Below, one piece after another: positions 1-14,404 of a stretch of 64,000 bases of DNA. Under the pieces are notes generated by a model that worked only from the letters and a program-made list of their open reading frames with translations, was not told the origin of the DNA and did not search any database. The stretch is from Octopus sinensis (taxonomy: Eukaryota), in NCBI RefSeq assembly GCF_006345805.1, contig NC_043000.1, positions 133,672,001 to 133,736,000 on the forward strand. Direction: 5' to 3'. A program made the translations under genes and the position numbers. Within the stretch, counting starts at the first letter, position 1, and each line of letters begins with the position of its first letter.

Positions 1-707
1 TTTGCCTTTCATCCTTTCATCTATGAAATAAGTACCACTTGATCACTGGGGTCGATGTAATCCAGTAGTCCCCTCCCCACAAATTTCAGGCCTTGTGGTT
101 ATAGTAGAAAGGCTAATTGGTAACATAAAATAAAGTCTAACGATTGTAACGGAGAATCGAAACATGATCCCAATTATACCGGGCTGTGAATTTTATCTAA
201 CGATAAGGCATCTGACCTTGGGTCAATAAATCTTCAAAGACGACCTTTTCATTATTTATTTACTGATCTTATCGTAAATATTATCAACAGATGACTTTAT
301 TTGTCCTTATTCTATCTTTCTGTTTCCTTATCTTGGCCATCAGAATTTAACCTGTTAAAAAACACGTTTTTATTATTAAGAAATAATGTCTCTCTCTTAG
401 TGTAGGTTTGTTTAGATGCTGAAAATTTTTTTCTTTTATGTTTACCTTGAAATAAGTATTAGAATCTTTAAAAAAACTTTTCCATTATTGATTGTTATCA
501 TTTAAATTTTCTTATGCAGCAATTTATGTTTCTGATTAAAGTTGGATATAGGTGGCATGAGGAGAGTAATACCATAACCAACTGCTTTTATGGTACAAAT
601 ATTCACTTTCGTGCAATGTCTCTTGACCTCGTCAATGTAATGGAATACATCCCACAGCAAGCTTGGTGTGTAGTTTGAACTCAACACTGCAAGTCAAATA
701 AAAGGCA

Positions 708-1100
708 CAGGCTTCCCAACCACATGGTTCCGGGTTCAGTTCCACAGCATGGCACCTTGGGCGAGTGTCTACTACTATAGCCTCGAGCCGACCAAAGACT
801 TGTGAGAGGATTTAGTAAACGGAAACTGAAAGAAGCTCGTCGTGTATATACACCTATGTATGCGTACCTTTGTGTCTGCGTTTATCCTTCCATACAGCTA
901 TTAGTGTGTTTACGTCACCGTAGCATAACGGTATTAGTGTGTTTACGTCACCGTAGCATAACAGTGCGGCAAAAGAGACAGATAGAATAAGTATCAGGCT
1001 TTAAAAAATAAGTACTGGGGGTCCATTCATTCGACTAGAAATTCTTCCAGGCAGTGCCCCAGCATGGCCGCAGTGTCACGACTGAAACAAACGAGAAATA
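708..1100 (+). mobile_element. SINE family B
   Basis: Matches 16710-17120; has an internal ~33-bp duplication at 899-963. Confidence 0.8.
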
Positions 1101-1329
1101 AAAGCTAAAAACATATTGATCTTTACCATAATTAACTGTATTTGCTCACAGTGTCTATTTACATATGATAATTAATTCTACAGTTTCTGTGAAGCACTGA
1201 TGAATATATTCATATCATTAAAAAACAAAAAGAAAGAAATAAAGACCACATTGTTCCGTAATCCGACAGCTGGCCGCAATGTTTTTCCGAATACATATAG
1301 CTACAATATTGACTTCAAAGTCTGAAGCA

Positions 1330-2550
1330 AGGCCAGAAATTTCGGGTGTGGGATTAAATCGATTGCAACTACCCCAGTACTCAACTCGGTGGAATTTTAA
1401 ACTCAGAACGTAAAGATGGACGAGATGCTGCTAAGCATTCCGCCCGGCGAGCTTAACGATTTTTATTTCTTTATTGCCCACAAGGGGCTAAACATAGAGG
1501 GGACAAACAAGGACAGACAAACGGATTAAGTCGATTACATCGACCCCAGTGCGTAACTAGTTACTTAATTTATCGACCCCGAAAGGATGAAAAGCAAAGT
1601 CGACCTCGACGGAATTTGAACTTAGAACGGAGCGGCAGACGAAATACTGCTAAGCATTTCGCCCAGCGTGCTAACGTTTCTGCCAGCTAATCGCCTTATA
1701 TATGGCAACAATATTAAATACTATTCCCTCAAGAGGTTTCATTGTTCTTAAGAAGATCTCCTTAATCTTTCGCTGAACTTTCCAATACTTTTTCAATTTA
1801 CAACTTGAAAAAAAGCATAATAAAAATGAAATAAAAAGTCAGCACTTTTATAATATAGTTTAGACTGAAATCATCAATATATGCCTTAGATTGCATTTAT
1901 TTATTCATTATTTTTTTCTTTTGTCGCTCTCATGAATGATTATTTCTACATTGATGTTACACACTAAAGCTTTCTGTTGAGCAAACAAAAATTTAACACG
2001 CTTTATTCCATTTTTGTTTGCAGACTTCTTTTATGTGTGTACATTTTCCCCTATTATTAAATACCTATTTTTTTATTACCCACAAGGGACTAAACATAGA
2101 GGGGACAAACAAGGACAGACAAAGGTATTTAGTCGATTACTGGTACTTAATTTATCGACCCCGAAAGGATGAAAGGCAAAGTCGACCGCGGCGGAATTTG
2201 AACTCAGAACGTAGCGGCAAACGAAATGCTGCTAAGCATTTTGCCCGGCGTGCTAACGTTTCTGCCAACTCACCACCTTCCTATTATTAAATACTACATT
2301 GAGATTAGTCTGTTGTTTTCTAAGCATAATATTGGTTTCAAATTTTGGCACAAGGCCAGCAATTTCGGAATAGGGGGTAGGTCGATTATATCGACTCCAT
2401 TTTGCTCAACTGGTACTTATTTTATCGACTCCCCCCCCCAAAGGATGAAAGGTAAAGTCTACCTCGGCGATATTTGAACTCAGAACATAAAGACGGACAA
2501 AATGCCGCTAAGCATTTTGCCTGGTGTACTGACGATTCTATCTGCTCTCC
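1330..2550 (-). mobile_element. Cluster of four SINE family A copies (1330-1697, 2063-2280, 2350-2550)
   Basis: Shared core and tRNA-like head in reverse orientation. A further partial copy lies at 1-112 (+). Confidence 0.8.
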
Positions 2551-2778
2551 GTTTTTTATTGACATAATATTACAAACAAAACAAACTAAAAGAATTACAC
2601 TTTAATTTTCATTTGCGCAGATGTGGCTGTGTGGTAAGAAGTTTGCTTCCCAACCACATAGTTCCACATTCAGTCACACTGCTTGGTACTTTGGGCAAGT
2701 GTCTTCTAGTATAGACCCGGGTCGGCCAAAGCCTTGTGAGTGGATTTGATAGACGGGAACTGTAAGATGCCTGTCGTG

Positions 2779-2819
<41 letters not shown>

Positions 2820-2831
2820 CATACACACACA

Positions 2832-3395
2832 CATAGGGTTTAGACAAAATAATGGAAACCCCTTAAAATTTCAAACAAATTTATTTTGATATGAGGTAGG
2901 ACCGCCTACAAAGTTTGAATTGTTTCCAAAGGAATTTTTGTCCATTCTTCAGCTAAAACTGTCTCCAGTTCTTGTAGTGATGATTGTGGAAGATATCGAT
3001 TTCTTACTTGTTTTTCTAAATTGCACCATAAATATTCAATAATATTGAGATCTGGGGACTGAGGTGGCCAGATAAGTTGTTCGACTTCACTAGAATGTTC
3101 TTCGTGACATTCAGTAACAACTTTAGCTGTGTGAATTGGTGCATTTTCATACTGAAAGATTGCGTTCCGGAAATAGTTCCGCAACCATAGGAGGAATTCT
3201 GCCATGGAGGGAAACTATTGGGCTGGCGGATTTCCAAGATATATCCCTCCAGATCATCACGTCCTCCTCCATGTTTAACAGTTGGAAGAAGGTAATCTGG
3301 GTCAAATGCTTCTTTTGGCTGTCTCCACACGCATACTCGGCCGGTGGTCGGAAATAAAGTAAAGTATGTCTCGTCCGAGAAAATAACATCTATCT
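2832..3395 (-). mobile_element. Tc1-family transposon remnant (DD34E transposase pseudogene plus one TIR)
   Basis: Frameshifted VIFSDET...GRVCVWRQPKEAFDP..LLPTVKHGGG / IFQYENAPIH / WPPQSPDLNIIEYLW. Tc1-like TIR GGGTTTAGACAAAATAATGGAAACCC near 2836. Confidence 0.9.
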
Positions 3396-3494
3396 GTGTG
3401 TGTCTGTGTGTGTGTGTCTTAAATAAAATGCGACAACAAAGCCAAGACAGTGAAATTTCTAGGACATTTATAAGGAGAAAAGTAGTCTTACAGC

Positions 3495-3553
<59 letters not shown>

Positions 3554-5979
3554 CTCATTCCAAGTTTGACTTCTCTGCATGACACTCTGGACCATTACCA
3601 CTTCTACCGTAACCTCAAGTAGACAGAACCCTCGAGAGTGAAATTGGGAAGGAAGAAACTGTGATGAAGCTCGTCTGGTTGACTGCTTCTCGTGAAGTTT
3701 ATTGAATTGACTCTTGACAGCACTCTTGACTCCGAAAGTAGTATATACCGGTTCGTCCAAACAAACCAACTATTTTAACGAGAAAGAATCAGACAACGTG
3801 ATGTAGACTTGAACAAACACAACGCTCTCCGAAGAATGCATTGAATAACATGTATAAGTTAATATTAACGTATACGAAGACATGTTTCTTTCTTATTAGA
3901 CCTCCCCGGCTAACCGTAAACTTCACCGTACTTGCTGAAGCATTGAAAAAGAACTACTATGGAAATGTACGAGAATATATACACTCTGCGTCGTCATAGA
4001 AAACTAGAAATAGTTAAAGATTAAATTATTCTTAGACAGAACACAAATAAAGATACAATAGTTTGAATAAGCACTAACGTATATAATATAGAAAGGTTGA
4101 AAAGACTGAGGTATGTAACAGTATGGGTGATACAAAGATGGATGTACCAGGTGAGCTAAAATATGTATGGGAAAGAACAGAGGTCATTATAATTAACAAT
4201 ATATGAGATATATCTATCAGAAGATTTACAAATATTTGCCAAATTTCTATTTAATAAATGGGAGTGGAGCAAGTCCTTCATTTTATCTCTTGTCTTTTCT
4301 CTAATTCCTATTTGGGTCTATATTCACGGTGCTCTTTATTCTCCGCAAATATATTCTAAGAACAACTCTATGATTTATACATTTGGTTTTCCCAAACAAT
4401 CTAACCTAACACATATATATGAGTACATATACATACATATTAGTATGTACATATACGTATCTCTAAACACACAGATCTATGAAGCATACCCGGATGCTTA
4501 CATTTATATATATATATGTATGATAATCTCCATAGTCCGACAGAGACGGTTCTGTAATTTCTTACTAAACAATCTGCACAAATAATTTGTCTAAAATGTT
4601 GTACATTAGCTCACTTCTTCCATCAAATTGACTTTGCCTGAACAGGTGTACGGTGTACCGCAAGCCGGGTGTCGAAGTGACCGCAGAGTAACGTGAGATG
4701 AAGAGTCTTGCTCAAGAACACAATGCACTAAACGGTTCAAAACTTGAAATCACGATCCTGCGTTCATGAGTCTAACACCCTAACCACATTTATACATATA
4801 ACATATATACTTACTTGATGCTTAAATCCCAACCTTTCTGTATTAAAAGGCAGCTCTTATTGGTATTGGTGCAAAATGTGAAAGATAAAAACCAGAAGAA
4901 CATACATACATACATACATACAGGTAGTCAGGCATAAAACAAAATATTTATACAGTTATTGAGGTAATTTGACCAGTGGATATGAACATTTTCAAAATCA
5001 ATGAGTTAAGGTTTCGAAGTGCATGACTTCTCTCCCCAATAAACGAAAAATGAAGTTTGCAAGAATCTTTACTCAACACAACGATCTTTTCGACGCTGCT
5101 TGCATCTCTTCCTTACAGGTGGGATGTTGCACAGCTAGTTGTGTTGCATCCATCTTTGCAGGATGCATCTCGTTTTAAATAATATACTTCGTTACATATA
5201 CTGAGTTTCGCTTGGCATGTTGTGGTAGTCTGTAAGATATTGACTATGAACCGTGGAATTCCTGACGTAGATCCAGTGACAATTATATCATAACTGTGGA
5301 TGACATCAGGTAGCCTACACGGTCTAAGTGCTTTAATCGGCATGCTACTAGACATATACCCAAAGTTCAAATAATTACTTGTGTGTGTATGTGTGTGAAT
5401 GTGTAAGTGTGTGTGTGTGTATGTGTGTGTAGTCAAAAGACCAAGGATACCTACCTGAAAAGTTTATGCCAATACGAGAAGCACCACGAGTCACCAATCT
5501 GGCATCTCTTTTGTTCGTTATATTATTATCAGGCATAAGCAAAACTATTCAACCGATCACAGGAGATATGCAGACGACAGTAAAATAATGCTGCCGATCA
5601 AGGCAAACATTCATATTTATGCCTGCCTACGAAGCCTAAACACTATTATATTACTGTATGAATGAAAATAATATCTTGTTCATTCCCCCACATCATTCAA
5701 TGTCATCTGTTACGGAAGGAAGATATTCAACGACAAGAAGTTTTACTTTACCCAAACAAAGAAACAATTCAAACCCTGGACTATGGCGGCAGATTCATGT
5801 CACTCTAAACATATTAAATAGACTGTCAGCATGCCGGCGTCTTAGTAGCTAGGTATCAAAAACATTTACTATGAGAGGCCAGACATTGATATTGACATTA
5901 TGGAAATATCCTGTTTTGAACAGGTTGGCTGACTAAGACTTGCCAAGTAACACGAAAAATTTCAAAGTGTATTCATAGA

Positions 5980-7404
5980 TATTAGGTTGATTCACATGAA
6001 ATGTCGCATTTCTAATTACTTGTTATTGCAGTTATTTAAAAACTCAATTATGTCTACATTGCATTAGTCATGACTCTTTTTCCCAACAATATTGATATAC
6101 AAAATTCGTACCCACAGACCTTATAAAAATGATAACAGCTAGACTATGTTGAATGAGTGCAAACTGGGTCACTCTGCCGCAGGAGCTCTACAGAATATCA
6201 AGCGGGCCTTTGGTAATGGTTTTGTTGACAAAAGAACTGTAGAAAAATGGTTCCAAAGCTCTCGTTCAGATGATAGCCTTGAAAATAAACCAAGGGGTAG
6301 GCGAAATCAGTTATTCGGCATGATGGATTAAATGGTTTCGTTGAACAAAATCCGAGAACAAAGGTTCGAAAACTCTTTGTCAACAGCAGGAGAACAAGAA
6401 AGTTATTAGATGCAGAAGAGTCACCTAAACACTACCCAAACCCACCATTGCACCCTAAAAAGTTAGTGGTCACTGTATGGTGGTCTGAGAAGGGAGTTAT
6501 TCATTAATCATTTTTGCAAAAAGGAAAAATGGTAACAGCAACATCGTATTGCCAGGAAATTGATTGTGTGCACGAGAATTTGAAAAAGAAGCAACTCAGA
6601 CTAGTGAATAGAGATGGCCCAATTTTGCTCCACGACAATTCATTTCCTCACACTCCTCAAGGTAGGGTACAAAAGTTGCAAAGCCTGAATTACGAGATTT
6701 TGCAACATCCTCCCTATTCCCCTGATATCTCTCCTACTAATCATCACTTATTTAAGCATTTTGAGCTTTTCATAAGCAAGAAAACATTCTTAAATAGAGA
6801 AGAAGTAATTGAAGCATTCGGAGAGTTTATCACAGCAAAATATGAATTTTTTTTTAAAGATGGAATATATGACATAGAGAAACGTTGGGTAAACATCATA
6901 CATAAACTTGGATCATACATTGAATAAATAAATCAGTTCTCTAACACTTCTGAAGCATTTTATTGTTACCTTTCAAATACGACATTTCATGTTTTATTGC
7001 TTATGAAAAGCTCAAAATGCTTAAATAAGTGATGATGAGTAGGCGAGATATCAGGGAAATAGGGAGGATGTTGCAAAATCTTATAATTCAGGCTTTGTAA
7101 CATTTGGACCATAGCTTGAGGAGTGTGAGGACGTGCAATGTCGTGGAGCAAAATTGGGCTATCCCTATTCACTAGTTTCGGTTGCTTCTTTTAAATAGAG
7201 AAGAGGTAATTGAAGCATTCGGACAGTTTATCACAAAAGATGAATCGTTTTTTAAAGATGGAATATTTGACAGAGAGAAACATTGGGTAAACGTCATAAA
7301 TAAACATGGATCATATTTTGATTAAATAAATCAGTTCTCTAACACTTTTGAAGCATTTTACTATTACCTTTCAAATACGACATTTCATGTGAAACAACGT
7401 AATA
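5980..7404 (+). mobile_element. Mariner-family transposon remnant with rearranged 3' end
   Basis: TIRs TATTAGGTTGATTCACATGAAATGTCG (5980) and CGACATTTCATGTGAAACAACGTAATA (to 7404). HTH fragment (ORF 6146..6331), LHPKKLVVTVWWS, LLHDN and HPPYSPDISP motifs; internal deletion. Confidence 0.92.
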
Positions 7405-8489
7405 AATAAAATGACGAAAACCTTTGTTATTGGAGATATCTCTGTATATTATCCCGAAGAGAACGTCAAATATATGTAGAATGTGTGGGGCTCTAGAAAA
7501 CCTTATTCTAAACTTTCGTATTCAAGAGTACAAGAGTGAAAGAAAAATAATCACGAAGAATGGGAGCAACTGTGGAACTCCCTGGTATTTCCTTTTTCTA
7601 AACGCTCGCATCAGAAGCCCGTACAGGAACTTTTTGGCATTTAAAGGTGCATAAATGTAGAGGTAACACATCCAAAAAAAAGACATAAAACCTCACCAAA
7701 ATTTCTCCTGAAACGTTGAAAATATATTTTGCTGCGTTTATCCATAATATAGATTATCCATCTGCAAAAAGAAAAAATTTCCTATGAAACTTGTGTGTCC
7801 GTGTTTGTCGCCCCAACATCGCTTGACAACCGATGCTGGTGTGTTTACGTCCCTGTAACTTAGCGGTTCAGCAAAATAGATCGATAGAATAAGTACTAGG
7901 CTTACAAAGAATAAGTCCCGGGATCGATTTGCTCGACTAAAGGCGGTGCTCCAGCATGGCCACAGTCAAATGATTGAAACAAGTAAAAGAGTAAAAAGAG
8001 AGTAAGAGTAAGAAGAGTACACATGAATCGATCCGTTGATCCGCCAGTTTCGTATTCGGAAAAACCCGACGAAAAACATTTGAAACTTAGTTATAGACTG
8101 AGACGAATATAAAACAGATGAACAAGATTCAATCCCGAAGGCAATACTCCAGCATGGCCCCGACTGTGGTGGCTAAAACAAAGTAAAGAATGCAAAGAAC
8201 ATGTCACAAGAATATTACACCTAAAGTGTTTTCCTTCACTTAACGAAAACAGATTCATTCATCGCTAAGTAATTCACGTTGTAAACGCCTTATATTACTC
8301 TATTAGATTTATGCCACAGACTGCAAAGCAACGAGGGTGTTGCATTTTAAACACTCAAGATTGCTGAAGCAGTAAACTACCTCCTGCCTTGCCACCTATT
8401 TACAATTATGTGGATCGGACCATTTCAGTTTATCATAAGCCATCAGCATAAACAGTTTTTTCTGTGACTTCATTAAAATTACAATCCAC

Positions 8490-8591
8490 ATTATATGTGT
8501 GTATAAATGTTTGTATGTATGTGTGTGTGTGTATATATATATATGTATATATATTATATTTATGTATACATATATATATATAATGTATATG

Positions 8592-8623
<32 letters not shown>

Positions 8624-8774
8624 TACACATATATGTGTGTGTGTATCCCTCTTTTACTCGTTTCAGTCATTTTGACTGGGGCCATGCTGCAGCACCATAT
8701 ATAATGTATATATGTATATATATATAGTATATATATATGTATATATATATATATGTATAATATATATATATATG

Positions 8775-8838
<64 letters not shown>

Positions 8839-8991
8839 CATATATATATATTCATATATATATATATACACACATATATATATATATAATATATAATGTA
8901 CATATATATATATATTCATATGTATATATATATATTCATATGTATATATATATATTCATATGTATGTATATATAATATATTCATATGTATG

Positions 8992-9023
<32 letters not shown>

Positions 9024-9072
9024 ATATATAACGTACATATATATTATGTACATATATATGTACATATATATA

Positions 9073-9130
<58 letters not shown>

Positions 9131-9135
9131 TGCAC
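8490..9135. repeat. Long compound (TA)n/(TG)n microsatellite
   Basis: Direct inspection; explains the YI-repeat ORFs. Confidence 0.95.
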
Positions 9136-10225
9136 ACGCTGTTATTTTGTTTCTTTACTTTAGCTTCCTTTCGAAGTATAATTTCCAACAATGAGCCATT
9201 AAGAACAATATCAGCTGTTAATGTTTCATTTCATTAATAGTTCTGCATTCGTCATTCTAGAAACGATCATTTATACGAGAGACAAGCATTAACAGAGGCG
9301 GCTATTTGTTCGAATCGAGTCAATATTTATAAACATAACAAATGTATGATAGTTTTTAATTTCCTATTGATTTTTCACTCCGCTTTAGTTTTACGAATTC
9401 CTTAACGCCTTGTTGAGGTAGTTAGATTATGAGTTGGTTTCGAATTTTCTACATTATTTGTTTGTGTGTCTGTTGTATTTGTTATTGGATTTTGTTGGAG
9501 ATTTTTAAAAGATTACCAAGAAGAGAGAGATGAAGAGAAAGACAAACAGATACATACACTTCTACCAGCTTTGACACACACTCACATACACATATACAAA
9601 AATAATTTTTTTTTTTAATGTCCAAAGAAATTAGTAGTGATTTGTCGGGAAAATAATTTAGTAAATTTTGATTGGCCCGTATGGCGTAGGGAGACAAGAA
9701 ACCTGACGTTGTGTGTGAAAGTCTTTGTTTGAGAGAGAAAAATATTTGCAAAATGTTTGATATAGTTCTGAGAATATTATACATTAGGAGAGGGATGTAA
9801 TGCAGGAGAGTGTTGTTCTCCATCCCGTTTCTTTCTAATGCATTCACCCCCCAAGAGAAAGTAACTCGGTAAGCTGAAGCAATTCCCTATATGTACGAAA
9901 ATCTGTTGTTGAACTCAGCCATTCGATAAATAGATATGGGTAGAATAGTTACAGGACTTTTACTGGACGTTGATTTAAGTAACTTGAAGTGCTTTTGAAG
10001 GCTGTACCCCAGAATGACAATAGTCCATTGACTGGAACTGCAGGAGCTACTTAAAGATATTGCAAGCTTTTCTGATGGTAACTAAAGCCATTGCAATGTT
10101 GAAAAGCCGTTCCGTGTCTTCTGTGGATATCTCAAGGTCACATCTGTTTCGCCTCTTAGCTTGTAAACTTTGCCTTAGTGGGGGCAGCAAGAACTGAATT
10201 AGCCTTTGCTTACAGAGGGATTCTA

Positions 10226-10600
10226 TCTGTGGTCGTTTGTCAACCACAACCAACTTGAACTCGTCTTAGCTAACCTGGCTAACTTCTTGTTGGTTTTCCT
10301 CAGTTGTTTGGGTTCCAAACCAATCTTCTACAGAAAACTGTGCACTGATCTTACTGGAAAACCGCAGCAACCGACTCCAGTAGGGAATGAGAGTGGAACC
10401 ACGGATATTGTGCGCCCGACACTATCATATGGTTGTAATATTTTTCTATGAATCTCATCTCCAGCAACATCAGGAGCTCGACTAGTGCTGCTGGTACTTG
10501 ATAGTACACCAGTGAATTATGGATTAGCTGGTGAGGTACACTTAGCTTAGGCCTTGACGAGATATAATCATACAACAAAGGAGTGTGTTGTTGTTTCTGT
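10226..10600 (-). mobile_element. HERO/NeSL-like RLE non-LTR retrotransposon remnant
   Basis: Minus strand reads SVPHQLIHNSLVYYQVP (RT region) joined to FPTGVGCCGFP...LARLAKTSSSWLWL, typical of the restriction-like endonuclease C-terminus; contains stops and an internal deletion. Confidence 0.65.
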
Positions 10601-12183
10601 TTACCTCATTAATGATGTGGATGATTGCTTATATATGTTCAAGTCATCCAGAATAGTCTGGGACTCCCCCCTTTTGGGGGGCATTCGTGTCAATGATCTC
10701 ATTGATGAGATATTTTGTTAATCATTTTCAACGGTGGACTAGAAAATCTGCCTTTCGGCAACTAACAGAGTGATCCGCCGGAATTGGTCAAGTCTTGCTG
10801 AGGTATTTGCTTTGGGAACAAAACAACCCTCAACAAGTTTTGAGAGAGAGAGAAAGGGGAAGAGGAGAGAGAGATGCAGATAGACAGAGAGAGAGAGAGA
10901 GAGAGAGGCAGATAGACAGATATACAAACAGACAGAGACCTCTTTTGAATTTAACGATACAACGTAACACCCGAGTCTCACGTTTCTGAATTCTAATAAT
11001 GCGTGAGTTGACTTTTCCTTCAATCTTGTTCGATCGATAAAATAACGGCCAGCAACATAATTAGGTCAATTTAACTAAATATGTTCACTTAGTTTTCAAA
11101 GTTATTCTTCAGTCAAAAAAGTTCTGATGGTGAGAATAGAAGAGATAAGCAGCGTATATTCAATGGATGAGCAATAGAGTTGATTCAATAGAATTAATTA
11201 GCAGTGGTCGGCAATTCATCAGGAAGTCCATCTTATGGTGTATGCATGTTTTATATTTGCTTGAACTAGCGTTGGTTGTGAAGATAAACATGTTGCTGTT
11301 ATTCTTTAGGGTTAGGTTTTCCCTAATCAAACAAACTTACCACCAAAAACGTTCCAGTTGTAAACATACCATATTTTTGTATATCATGGACAACTTTCTC
11401 CAATTTATGCTTCTTTATAGAAGGCAGTAGAGCGTAATTTGAGATGGGGGTGGAATTTAACTTCTATTTTCTACTGACTGGGCAACAACATAGGTTAAAT
11501 GAGTTGAAGCAATCAATTACCATAAATTAGCGTATAGGTACTAATGTGGTTAATATGCATAAATAAGGAATTTTATTAGAGACTTCAAAAGAAGCTTTTC
11601 TTAAAGTTATTTCCATGCTGCTTTCACAGGAATAAATATAAAGCAGTGATCCTAGAAACGGTATGATAACTGCTAACTCGTTGTAATGATGTTTCTCGCA
11701 AATAAATGATTTTCTCAAATATGGAAATATACATAGTTTTGATAGAATAATTGTCAGAATTTCTCGTAATATCTTCGCAGGAAATTATATGTTCATGGAA
11801 TATTTTCCTTCTGAGAATCACATGAAGAGCTATTCAACCACGTTAATCTGTCGAAGAAAAGAAAACCTCACTGAAATCGTTTGTAATATAAATTGATTAT
11901 TACAGAGACAAATTTTCCCAACCACAAATTGACATCCCAAAATTGATTGAAATTATTTAATTTGCATAATTTCTATGATTAGTCAAAATTATATTTTTTA
12001 CGACTGTAAGTTAAAAATATTAGATGACATTCAGTAACCGAAATCCATGAGACAGCTGACTACGTATGACAACCATTATGATTTCGTCCATAATGTAGGG
12101 TACAACCAAAGTACCAGTTCCAGAGAAAAGAGAAGAAAGGGTTTATAAGATGATAAGTTCCTTCAACAAAATGTAAATAAAAG

Positions 12184-12372
12184 TATCTTGGACATTTACC
12201 CGCCATGGACAATAACACCTCCCCAAGGACAATTACTCCTGAGGACAACAGATGAGGATTTAAAACTCCTTAATATATTGGAGGGGGGGTAATTAACCAA
12301 GGGAGGTAATTGTGCTAGGGGTAGTTGTCGTCAGGAGGAATTGTCCTATGGGGGTGGTAATTGTCCTGATAT
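12184..12372. mobile_element. Degenerate fold-back MITE with repeated subterminal motif
   Basis: About four GGACAATTAC-like motifs on the left are mirrored by GGTAATTGTCC-like motifs on the right. Confidence 0.6.
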
Positions 12373-12960
12373 GAAATAGAAAATATAGACAAAATGAATT
12401 CTAAGACAAAACTTATTAACAAAAACCATTTTTTCTCTATATCAATTTAGCGAAAGTTTGTTTTCTACAAATTTTCTTTCTCATTTTTAGACATTTCTTT
12501 TCTTTTCTCTCTCTCTCTCTCTCCCTCTCTCTCTCACACACACACACAAATCTATCAAAAGCAAAATAATAGTGATATTAATTCAATTATAACCAAACAT
12601 TTCTTCTCATTTAATGATGATTAACAGTTCGACTAACGAAAACAGTTCTTCTCAGCGTGGTGGCCATCATAACTTGACCAGTTTTGTTTTTGTAATTACC
12701 AGGAACTTTGGGGACTGTTTTGAAATCTTTCACTCCACGCCTTATGATATTCTCTGCTAACGTAAATCACATTACATTACAAATCAGAACACAAATGGCT
12801 AAGGTATAGCACTACTCTAGAAATAAATTCCTTTACTAACTCCACTCCATTAGGATTCACTGCTCTAAAATAATCAGTCAAGCTGTTTATCTACAAAGTC
12901 TTGCCCTTCACTTTATATTAATCCATAATTAGTAACTTGAAGCTTTACACATTTACAGTT

Positions 12961-13432
12961 AATATTATTCTGTTTTATTTCTCAGAGCTCTTGGTCTTAC
13001 TTGTTCTGGTTAATTCTGTGAGAGCGGACAGCATCCTGTTGTCAAAGGTCTCACAGGGTCTTTTTCCACAAATTATAGGACTTGGTACTTAGGTGTTAAG
13101 TGTCGTGGAAGATATTCAACACCCAAGTACCAATCTCAAAATCCTAGTTGTCTCCAATAGAGCAGTTTTGGGGGCATGCTCTACATCATCATCATCATCG
13201 TTTAACGTCCGCTTTCCATGCTAGCATGGGTTTGACGGTTTGACTGAGGTCTGGCGAACCAGATAGCTGCACCAGACTTCAATCTGATCTGGCAGAGTTT
13301 CTACAGCTGGATGCCCTTCCTAAGGCCAACCACTCCGAGAGTGTAGCTCTACCCTCATGTCAATTCCAATTTCTCAGACATATTCATCGAACTTGGTTGT
13401 TAGTGCTCCGAATGCATCTAAAACTACTGGGA
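12961..13432 (-). mobile_element. R4/Dong-like LINE 3' fragment interrupted by a SINE
   Basis: IPVVLDAFGALTTKF..EIGIDMR|VEHAPKTALLETTRILRLVLG*. The SINE at 13185-13345 is flanked by TSD GCTCTAC (13178-13184, 13346-13352). Confidence 0.7.
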
Positions 13433-13444
13433 TAAAATATGGCA

Positions 13445-13900
13445 CTGGGGTAAAATATGGCACCGTCAGATAAGGGTACGCTAGGCACATGTATCACAAC
13501 CATGTGTGCGAACATGATCTCATATTACGATAAACAGCGCTTGACCTTGCAAGTTAGAATTTTCTCCAGTAGAGTAGCTCATCCAGCTCAAAAGGTTTCT
13601 GAATAAGGGTTGTTTACACATGTTGAACGAAACACCCATGTTTCCAGAGGTGAATTATTCAAACCCCAAAGAATTCATCTCAACACATGGCTATGATGCA
13701 TCCCCACTACTTCTGCTCGTGATCAGAAATAAATGAACATATCATCAGCTACTAAGGGACCTGTTCAACTGGTTAAGGCCAAGCAAACCTGTGGTAATGA
13801 GTAGAATATTCGCTGTAGCCCATCTTTTATACCAAGACAAAACAATGTACATGATAATTAAGATCAGAAGCCATGAGAGTCTGGTACTGCATTAGGGCAT
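13445..13900. repeat. Non-autonomous (TTA)n-associated repeat, copy 1
   Basis: Clearly homologous to 25364-25897 (e.g. GTTGAACGAAACACCCATGTTT...GAGGTGAATTATTCAAACCCCAAAGAATT); abuts a (TTA)n tract. Confidence 0.75.
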
Positions 13901-13926
13901 TTATTATTATTATTATTATTATTATT

Positions 13927-14183
13927 CCTTCGCGACATAGTCTAGATAAAAATGCACCGGAATATTTAGTCATCTGTCAAGTCACAGCAATGACCTCAGA
14001 CAGATAATACTTTCCTTAAGATGTACACTGTGCCCAATAAGGTTGCTTTTTGCAAGACATCAATCTTGCATGGGATTTCCAATTGCCTTAAGAAGTCTTG
14101 AAGTTTCAATGGGATTGAGCCCAACGCTCCGATCACGACAGGTATCACTTTTACATTACCCTCTCGCATTCCATACAGCCTTG
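13927..14183 (-). mobile_element. R4/Dong-like LINE 3' fragment ending in (AAT)n
   Basis: ORF 13996..14187 VKVIPVVIGALGSIP...LQKATLLGTVYILRKVL is the typical R4/Dong RLE C-terminus; a short 3' UTR runs into a TAA microsatellite. Confidence 0.8.
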
Positions 14184-14373
14184 CCAACCTTCTTCAGGTA
14201 TCTTGGAGAAATTTCGAACCTGGGTTCTTATTCCTAAGGTATTTTTCTTAACCACTACGCCATATGCCTGTGGGCATATGGCGTAGTGGTTAAGAGCGCA
14301 GGCTACTAACCCCAAGATTCTGAGTTCGATTCCAAGCAGTGACCTGAACAATAACAACAACAATAATAATAAC

Positions 14374-14404
<31 letters not shown>

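Noticed and set aside
5005-5035. Half hammerhead on the minus strand (GAAGT..ACTTC-GAAAC); similar weak hits near 24815 and 39870
   Set aside because: One core box or stem I is missing; could be chance.
8433-9237. Multiple overlapping YI-repeat ORFs
   Set aside because: (TA)n microsatellite artefacts.
14270-14345. tRNA gene (also 18828, 33088, 37486, 42936)
   Set aside because: A and B boxes are present, but there is no proper acceptor stem and each continues into a SINE body.
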